A stretch of DNA of 45,117 bases from Nitrospinales bacterium (GTDB taxonomy: Bacteria; Nitrospinota_A; UBA7883; JACRGQ01), in NCBI GenBank assembly GCA_023248535.1, contig JAHFEJ010000005.1:19456-64572 (forward strand). The letters are read 5' to 3'. The notes under the pieces were generated by a model. It was not told where the DNA came from and did no database searches. It saw nothing but the letters and a program-made list of their open reading frames with translations. Both the position numbers and the translations under genes were made by a program. Shown here piece by piece: positions 39,363 to 45,117 of this stretch. Within the stretch, counting starts at the first letter, position 1; every line of letters begins with the position of its first letter.

Positions 39363-40706
39363 TTAATGGGACGGGGGAGGGGGCACAAAACCGCGCCGAA
39401 GGGTTGATTCTTCCTGTTTAAATGCCTCCCCGGCCTGAATCAAGGCCCTCTTGAAGACAATTGGGCCGATGATTTCGCAGATGGTTATCTCGGCAATGAT
39501 GAGGGTGGCCAGCGTTTCACCCCACCCGGGAATCCGATCACGGACAATGAGTGCAAGCCCCAGCGAGACCCCCGCCTGGGAAACAAAACCCCTCCAAAGC
39601 AGCCGCCGCAGAAGGGGGGAAGCGTCCAACAGCCGCGTGGCGAAAGCGGTCGCCGCGTACATCAGCATTACCCGCACCACGAAATAGATCAGCGCCACCG
39701 CCCACATTTGCCGCAGGGCCTCGGTATTGAGGGATGCACCCGTGAGGGAAAAGAAAACGATGAAGATCGGCAATGCCCCCTTTTCCACGGCGCGGACGAA
39801 TTTGTGCCCCTCGGCGCTGAAGTTGCGCACCACAAATCCGGTGGTGACGCACAGCAACAGCACGTTGAGGTGCATCAGCGTGCTGAGCGCGCCGGAGATG
39901 ACCGCCACGCCGAAGCTGAAAAGGAGCATCAGGTTGCCCATCGTCTTGAGATAGAACGCCACGAACGCCCCCAGCAACGCTCCGGCAAGCAGTGAAAAGC
40001 CCGTTTCCGCAATGATGGCATGGAGCACTTCATCGACCGGAAGCGGCTCGCCTTGGCCGCCGCCGCGGATCCAGGCCAGGATCATCGTGAACAGGGCAAT
40101 CACGAGAATATCCTTGATGACGACGATGCCGAGCGTATTTTCGGTCAGCTCTCCCCTTGCGCGTGTTTCGTTCACGATGGCTCCCGTGGCGGCGGGAGAG
40201 GAGGTGGCCCCGATCGCCGCCATGATAAGCGCGGCCCCCACGGCCGCACCCAACGGCACAGACGAAAATCCGGGGAAGCCGAAATGAATAAGCGGGTAGA
40301 ACACCATCAGGATGCCGGTGAAAACGATAAAAACGTTGACCATGCCGATGCCCAGCATTTTCTTTCCCTGCCGCTTGAGGAAATCCCATTCGATCTCGGC
40401 CCCGACCGAAAGGGCGATGTAGGCGAAGGCAAGCGTGTTGATGAGGGAAAATTCGGCGATGCGGGGCCGCTCGATGATGTTAAGCGCGGCGGGCCCCGCC
40501 AGCACGCCGAATAAAAGGTAGCCCGTGAGCAGGGGCAGCGCCATCCGTTCCGCAAGTTTGGAGACGAAAAAACCCCCCAGCAAGATGAAGCCGAGCGTGA
40601 TGGTGACCGCGGAAGCGCCGGTGAAGCTTTTTCCCCCGAGGAAGAAGGAGAGGTTCCCCATGATGACAAAGATGATCGTCAGCGCCAGTACCTGCCGTTT
40701 GATCAT
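39363..40706 (-). CDS. Cation:proton antiporter (CPA superfamily) membrane subunit
   Basis: About 12-13 TM; LP..TGYL..G...GP, ATSSPA, G.VVIKD, FF...GASL, QAGVSLGL, EIIGP. Confidence 0.85.
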   Translation of the reverse strand: MIKRQVLALTIIFVIMGNLSFFLGGKSFTGASAVTITLGFILLGGFFVSKLAERMALPLLTGYLLFGVLAGPAALNIIERPRIAEFSLINTLAFAYIALSVGAEIEWDFLKRQGKKMLGIGMVNVFIVFTGILMVFYPLIHFGFPGFSSVPLGAAVGAALIMAAIGATSSPAATGAIVNETRARGELTENTLGIVVIKDILVIALFTMILAWIRGGGQGEPLPVDEVLHAIIAETGFSLLAGALLGAFVAFYLKTMGNLMLLFSFGVAVISGALSTLMHLNVLLLCVTTGFVVRNFSAEGHKFVRAVEKGALPIFIVFFSLTGASLNTEALRQMWAVALIYFVVRVMLMYAATAFATRLLDASPLLRRLLWRGFVSQAGVSLGLALIVRDRIPGWGETLATLIIAEITICEIIGPIVFKRALIQAGEAFKQEESTLRRGFVPPPPSH

Positions 40707-41884
40707 TGCTTCGCCGCCAGAACACGGCCAATGAGAAATGGCGCGGCAATTTCATTAAATATGACGCAAAGGGCGATGATGGAAAAAACGCCCCGGCCCA
40801 TGCCGCCGTTTTCGACCGAGAGATAGGCGAACCCGATGACCAGCGCCATCGCCCCCTGCGATGCCAGCGCCAGCCCCCCGTTTTTGGGGAAAGGGGAGGG
40901 CGCGGCGCCGCGGCCCATCAGCCAGTTAAGCGAATACTGTTTTCCCAAAAGCCGCACCGGCGCCACCACGAAGGCAATGGCAAAGGTTATGGGCGAGGGG
41001 ACGAACATGAGTCCGGCCAGCAGGAGCATGATGATGTAAAAAGGGCGCTCCGTATTGGAAGCCGCGCGGTAAAGCGGGTCGTCCGGACGCAGCGTATTGG
41101 CCAGAAACACCCCGGCGATAAAGCTGATGACCAGCGGCGACACCGACAGCACCCCCCCGACCCCCGCGGTGAAAAAAACAAAGCCGATCATCAGCACCAG
41201 TTGTTCTTTGTCTTTCAGTTTTTCGCGCGGCAGGTGGCGGAAGAAAAAGCCCAGCAGCAGGCCGGTGCCGGCGGCTTGCGCCAGATACTTAAGGCCGAGC
41301 GTGAAGGAAACCAGGCCGTGACGGAGCAGGGTCAGGGAAAGCGCCATCAGCACAACCGCCACCATCGCATCAAGGCCGGAGATGACATTGAGAAGCTGGC
41401 GGACCGATGCTTCAAAGCGCCGCTCTTTTCCCAGCAGCGCCAGGACGGTGGGGGACGAAACCGCCGCCGCGGCGGCCAGCACCGCCGCGGCCACCACGGC
41501 TTCCCCGGCGCCCCATCGGTAGAGATAATGAAGCGGCAGATAGGCCGCCAGCATCACCAAAAGACCGCAAAAGAGGGCCTGATAGAGGGTGACCCGCAAT
41601 TGCCAGCGTTCCACGCGGGCCAAGTCGGTCAGCCGCATTTGGGCGCCGACCAGCAACCCCACCCAGCCAAGCCCCAGGTGAATGACCGGCTCAAGTTCGC
41701 GCAAAAGAAATTCAGGAAAAAAATCGAGCACGGAGGGGCCGATGATAATGCCGATAAGCATGAATTCCCAGCCGGTATAAAATAGGTACCGGATGAGGGG
41801 GGGGAGCTTTTCCTTGGAAAAGATATGAAGGGAGCCGGCATAGGCTACCGCCGAAAGCAGGATCAGGCCGAGGATGGCGCTCAT
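40703..41884 (-). CDS. Second, divergent cation:proton antiporter-like membrane subunit
   Basis: About 11-12 TM; IGIIIGP, GLGWVGL..G, AVSSP, VSPL...F.AG..LAN, ERP, SQG..AL, NEI.AP; ATGA overlap with the downstream gene. Confidence 0.75.
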   Translation of the reverse strand: MSAILGLILLSAVAYAGSLHIFSKEKLPPLIRYLFYTGWEFMLIGIIIGPSVLDFFPEFLLRELEPVIHLGLGWVGLLVGAQMRLTDLARVERWQLRVTLYQALFCGLLVMLAAYLPLHYLYRWGAGEAVVAAAVLAAAAAVSSPTVLALLGKERRFEASVRQLLNVISGLDAMVAVVLMALSLTLLRHGLVSFTLGLKYLAQAAGTGLLLGFFFRHLPREKLKDKEQLVLMIGFVFFTAGVGGVLSVSPLVISFIAGVFLANTLRPDDPLYRAASNTERPFYIIMLLLAGLMFVPSPITFAIAFVVAPVRLLGKQYSLNWLMGRGAAPSPFPKNGGLALASQGAMALVIGFAYLSVENGGMGRGVFSIIALCVIFNEIAAPFLIGRVLAAKQ

Positions 41885-41905
41885 GCCGCCCCCCGCGCCG
41901 CCCCG

Positions 41906-42241
41906 CTATTGCGGCTTGGGGTCGTAATAATGGGTGACGGGGAGGGTGAAAAAAATGCCGGCGTCGTGTTCTTCCATGCCGGAAAAAATTTCTTTGACGA
42001 TCTTAATGGCATCTTCAAGCGTTTTTGTATCCTGTATTACCGAAAAAACCGTGTAGTTCGATTCGCGCACGCCGTTGAAAAGATTTTTAAAACCGGAAAA
42101 AATCGGAACCTCGTTGGCGATAATGGTTCCCATTCCCTTGCTGTCGATAACGGTGCAGCCGCTAACGCCAACCTCGATAAAACCCGCGAGAACATCTTCA
42201 AGGAGTTTCGGCTTGTTAATGACACAAACCAGAAGTTCCAC
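41906..42241 (-). CDS. PII-like (GlnB-fold) regulatory protein
   Basis: 111 aa; GVSGCTVIDSKGMG and GIFFTLPV are typical of PII-like proteins; lacks the canonical GlnB T-loop YRG. Confidence 0.75.
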   Translation of the reverse strand: MELLVCVINKPKLLEDVLAGFIEVGVSGCTVIDSKGMGTIIANEVPIFSGFKNLFNGVRESNYTVFSVIQDTKTLEDAIKIVKEIFSGMEEHDAGIFFTLPVTHYYDPKPQ

Positions 42242-42703
42242 TCAGTTATCCACCTGACGGATGGCCTCCAACGCTTCCAGGGGAGTGGATGCCATCTGCA
42301 CTTTCTTGATCAGCTCCTTGTTGCGGCAGAGGCGGACGATCCGGGCGAGGATCTGGATATGAAGGCGCGGCACCGCCTGGGATCCGATGATCATGAATAC
42401 CACCTTGACCGGCTGGCCGTCCACCGACGAGAAATCGACCCCCTCCGGGAGCACGCCGATGAGTATGACCGTTTCGCTGAACCCTTCAAGGGATGCGTGT
42501 GGAATGGCGATTGATTCGCCCACGCCGGTGGTGCTCAGTTTTTCGCGTTCCTCCAGCTTGCGGATGAGCACTTCGGCGTTCGCCTTGTCGAGCAGGCCGG
42601 TGGATTCCAGGCAACCGGTAAGCTCCGCGAATACGTCGTGCCGGGTCTGCGCCTTCATATTGAGCGCCACATATTCAGGCTTTATATAGTCACCGATGCT
42701 CAT
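42242..42703 (-). CDS. PTS EIIA (Ntr/fructose-type) domain protein
   Basis: EREKLSTTGVGESIAIPHA (phospho-His), GVDFSSVDGQPV, H...LARI. Confidence 0.92.
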   Translation of the reverse strand: MSIGDYIKPEYVALNMKAQTRHDVFAELTGCLESTGLLDKANAEVLIRKLEEREKLSTTGVGESIAIPHASLEGFSETVILIGVLPEGVDFSSVDGQPVKVVFMIIGSQAVPRLHIQILARIVRLCRNKELIKKVQMASTPLEALEAIRQVDN

Positions 42704-42845
42704 CGTCTATTTCTCCCTTTTCCCCATGTTCCCTGTTTTCACCGGTGGAGCTTTTTTTCATTTGCATCATCAAGTGGAAACCGTGCCCCAGCAGCCAGAT
42801 AATAATTACGAAGATCAGTCCGGCTGCTACCCATCCAAACATCGC

Positions 42846-43655
42846 CTATTTCAGGCCCAACACGTCCTGCATATCATACAGGCCGTTTTTTTGCCCCGCC
42901 AGCCACTCCGCGGCCCGTACCGCCCCGGCGGCGAAATTGCGGCGGCTGGTGGCCTTGTGGGTTAACTCCACCCGCTCCCCCTGCCCGGCGAAATATACCG
43001 TGTGTTCCCCGACAACATCCCCCATCCGCAACGCCATGACGGCGATCTCGTCTTTTGTCCGTTCGCCGGTGATGCCGTGGCGGCCGTAAACGCCAACCTT
43101 GCCGAGGTCGCGCCCCGTTTCGCGGGCGCATATCTCGGCCAGCCGCATCGCCGTGCCGGAAGGGGAGTCTTTTTTCAGGTTGTGGTGAATTTCCATGATC
43201 TCGATGTCATAACTCTTTCCCAGGATGCGGGCGGTGTCCGCCAGCACCTTGAACAGCACGTTCACGCCGATGCTCATGTTCGGCGCGCGCACGCAGCGGA
43301 TGGCGGCGCGGTGCGAATCCATCTCTTTCACCTGTCCGGCGGAAAAGCCGGTGGTGCCGATGACGATCCCTTTGCCCGCCGCGCGGCAGATGGCAAAGTG
43401 TTCCATGGTCGCTTCGGGGGTGGAGAAGTCGATGATCACATCGACATCGTTGATGATCTCTTTGAGGTGGGCGGCGATTTTTGGCCCGCCCGCGCCGCGG
43501 CCCAACGGCCCGAAGGCGTCAGCGCCGATCAGCGCATGGCCGGGGCGTTCCGTCCCTCCGCCCAGACGCAGACCGGGGTTCTCAAGAATACAATTGGCGA
43601 TCTCCCGCCCCATCCGGCCCGCTATGCCGGTAACGCCAACCCTGACAATGCCCAC
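42846..43655 (-). CDS. dapB: 4-hydroxy-tetrahydrodipicolinate reductase
   Basis: GIAGRMG, IDFS, VIGTTG, APNMSIGV, EIHHNLKKDSPSGTA, GEHTV, FAAGA; GTG start at 43655 inferred. Confidence 0.96.
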   Translation of the reverse strand: MGIVRVGVTGIAGRMGREIANCILENPGLRLGGGTERPGHALIGADAFGPLGRGAGGPKIAAHLKEIINDVDVIIDFSTPEATMEHFAICRAAGKGIVIGTTGFSAGQVKEMDSHRAAIRCVRAPNMSIGVNVLFKVLADTARILGKSYDIEIMEIHHNLKKDSPSGTAMRLAEICARETGRDLGKVGVYGRHGITGERTKDEIAVMALRMGDVVGEHTVYFAGQGERVELTHKATSRRNFAAGAVRAAEWLAGQKNGLYDMQDVLGLK

Positions 43656-43687
43656 TGTTACCCCACTTCCATTAAAACGAAGCCTTG

Positions 43688-43715
43688 ATTGTACCCCCAA
43701 GCTACATTTCGTCAA
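43688..43715 (-). promoter_or_regulatory. sigma70 promoter of dapB
   Basis: Minus strand TTGACG-N16-TACAAT. Confidence 0.6.
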
Positions 43716-43733
43716 CAGCTAAAAAGGCCTGAT

Positions 43734-44516
43734 TCAACACTCCAGCAGTTTCAGCAAGTTAGCGTGGATGCCCGGTGTGGCGGCGCAGATATGTTTCCCC
43801 AGCAGGTCGAGTTTGTTCCCTTTCATGTCGGTGATCACTCCTCCCGCCTCGGTTACCATCAGCGCGCCGGCCGCCATATCCCACGCGTAGAGGTACTGTT
43901 CCCAAAAACCGTCAAAGCGGCCCCGCGCGGTCCATGCCAGGTCGATGGCGGCGGCGCCGCACCGCCGGATCGCGCGGCATTGGGGCGCCACGCGGTTGAA
44001 ATTTTCCATGTTGTTGGCTTTCAGCGTTTTGATTTCGTATGGAAACCCGGTGGCCAACACCGCCCCTTCAAGACGCGCGGTGGCAGAGACTTTCATCCGT
44101 TTACCGTTGAGGTAGGCGCCTTCACCTTTGACGGCGCTGAACATCTCGTCGCGCATCGGATCGTACACCGCGCCGGCCAGCGGCTCGCCGTCTTTCACCA
44201 GCGCGATGGAGGGGCCGAAGACCGGCACGCCGTGGGCGTAGTTGGTGGTGCCGTCCAGCGGATCGACGTACCAGGTATAGCCGCTGCCGGTGCTGGTGTC
44301 GGTACCTTCTTCGGCCACCACGTTGTGTTCGGGAAATTCGCCGCGCAGCGCGGCGGTGATGAGCCGCTCGCATTCAACATCCACCTCGGTCACAAGGTTG
44401 ATGCTCCCCTTCAGCTCCACCTTTACGTTCGTTTCGTATTTCGCGCGCTGAATCTCCCCCGCCGCGCGGGCCAGCCTTATGGCGGCTTCCGCGGCTTTGC
44501 CGATATCAAATTTCAT
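43734..44516 (-). CDS. suhB: Inositol monophosphatase family protein (SuhB-like)
   Basis: LVTEVD, AEE, WYVDPLDGTTNYAHG, TGFPY, RRCGAAAIDL, WDMAAG. Confidence 0.9.
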   Translation of the reverse strand: MKFDIGKAAEAAIRLARAAGEIQRAKYETNVKVELKGSINLVTEVDVECERLITAALRGEFPEHNVVAEEGTDTSTGSGYTWYVDPLDGTTNYAHGVPVFGPSIALVKDGEPLAGAVYDPMRDEMFSAVKGEGAYLNGKRMKVSATARLEGAVLATGFPYEIKTLKANNMENFNRVAPQCRAIRRCGAAAIDLAWTARGRFDGFWEQYLYAWDMAAGALMVTEAGGVITDMKGNKLDLLGKHICAATPGIHANLLKLLEC

Positions 44517-45117
44517 TTATGCTCCGTTGTCTGCCATTGAAAAACGTTCTATCCATCCGCCTCCCGTCACGATGTTGTCACGGTAAAAAACCGCCGCCTG
44601 CCCCGGGGCCACCGCCCGTTCCGGCTTGTCAAACCGCACTTCCGCCACGCCTTCCGGCGTGAAGTGGATCATGCCTTTGACCGGCGCGCGCCGGTGCCGC
44701 AGCTGTACCGCCACCGGGCCGTCGCGCAACTCCTCGTGCAGCGTCAGGTTTTTTATTTCCATCGATCCGGCGAGAAGCTCGTCTTCCGGGCCGAGGGTGA
44801 TGGCGTTTTTTTCCGCGTTGAGGTTGGTGACGTACAGGCGGCCTTCCGCCGCCACTCCCAACCCCCGGCGCTGCCCCACGGTGTAAAAGGGGATTCCCTT
44901 GTGCGCGCCGAGCCTCTTTCCCGCTTTGTCCACGAAGTCGCCGGGGGGGATGTTGAGCTCGAGGCTGGCGATGAATTTCTGGTAATCATCGTCCGGCACG
45001 AAGCATATTTCCTGGCTGTCCGGCTTTTGCGCCGTCTTGAGCTTGTGCCGGGCCGCCACCGCGCGGGTTTCATCTTTGGTCAGTTCCCCCACCGGGAAGA
45101 GGACGTGTTCCAGTATT
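44517..45117 (-). CDS. mnmA: tRNA 2-thiouridylase MnmA (5'-partial, runs off window)
   Basis: LFPVGELTK, KPDSQEICF, YTVGQRRGLG, AVAPGQAAVFY, GGGWI. Confidence 0.95.
   Translation of the reverse strand, partial: ILEHVLFPVGELTKDETRAVAARHKLKTAQKPDSQEICFVPDDDYQKFIASLELNIPPGDFVDKAGKRLGAHKGIPFYTVGQRRGLGVAAEGRLYVTNLNAEKNAITLGPEDELLAGSMEIKNLTLHEELRDGPVAVQLRHRRAPVKGMIHFTPEGVAEVRFDKPERAVAPGQAAVFYRDNIVTGGGWIERFSMADNGA

Overview
GC-rich bacterial chromosomal window, mostly core genes. Gene order and protein style suggest a Nitrospinota/deltaproteobacteria-like organism (inference, not proven). It holds about 40 CDS. Housekeeping genes: larC (partial), pdxJ, mtnP, hemL, carD-PIN/TRAM-ispD, tyrA-cmk-rpsA-sppA, dapB, suhB, mnmA (partial) and a short rho. 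Flagellar genes are scattered: sigma54-driven flgB-fliE without flgC, a lone flagellin, and fliLMN. There are four histidine kinases plus a REC-HATPase regulator. No rRNA, tRNA, CRISPR or transposase was seen. The main items for follow-up are: (1) a 757-aa protein built from 20 tandem ~31-residue stammer coiled-coil repeats; (2) a ~390-nt multi-stem structured leader with CsrA-type GGA loops upstream of flagellin; (3) a TonB receptor / catalytic-domain-less 5'-nucleotidase lipoprotein / substrate-binding protein / HAMP kinase cassette with no permease; (4) a PTS-IIA / PII-like / two-subunit cation:proton antiporter operon; (5) nested REP-like palindromic elements shared between two loci; (6) several probable leaderless transcripts. 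Start codons were adjusted from the ORF track where an RBS or homology motif indicated a better start. All family calls come from motif recognition, not database searches.
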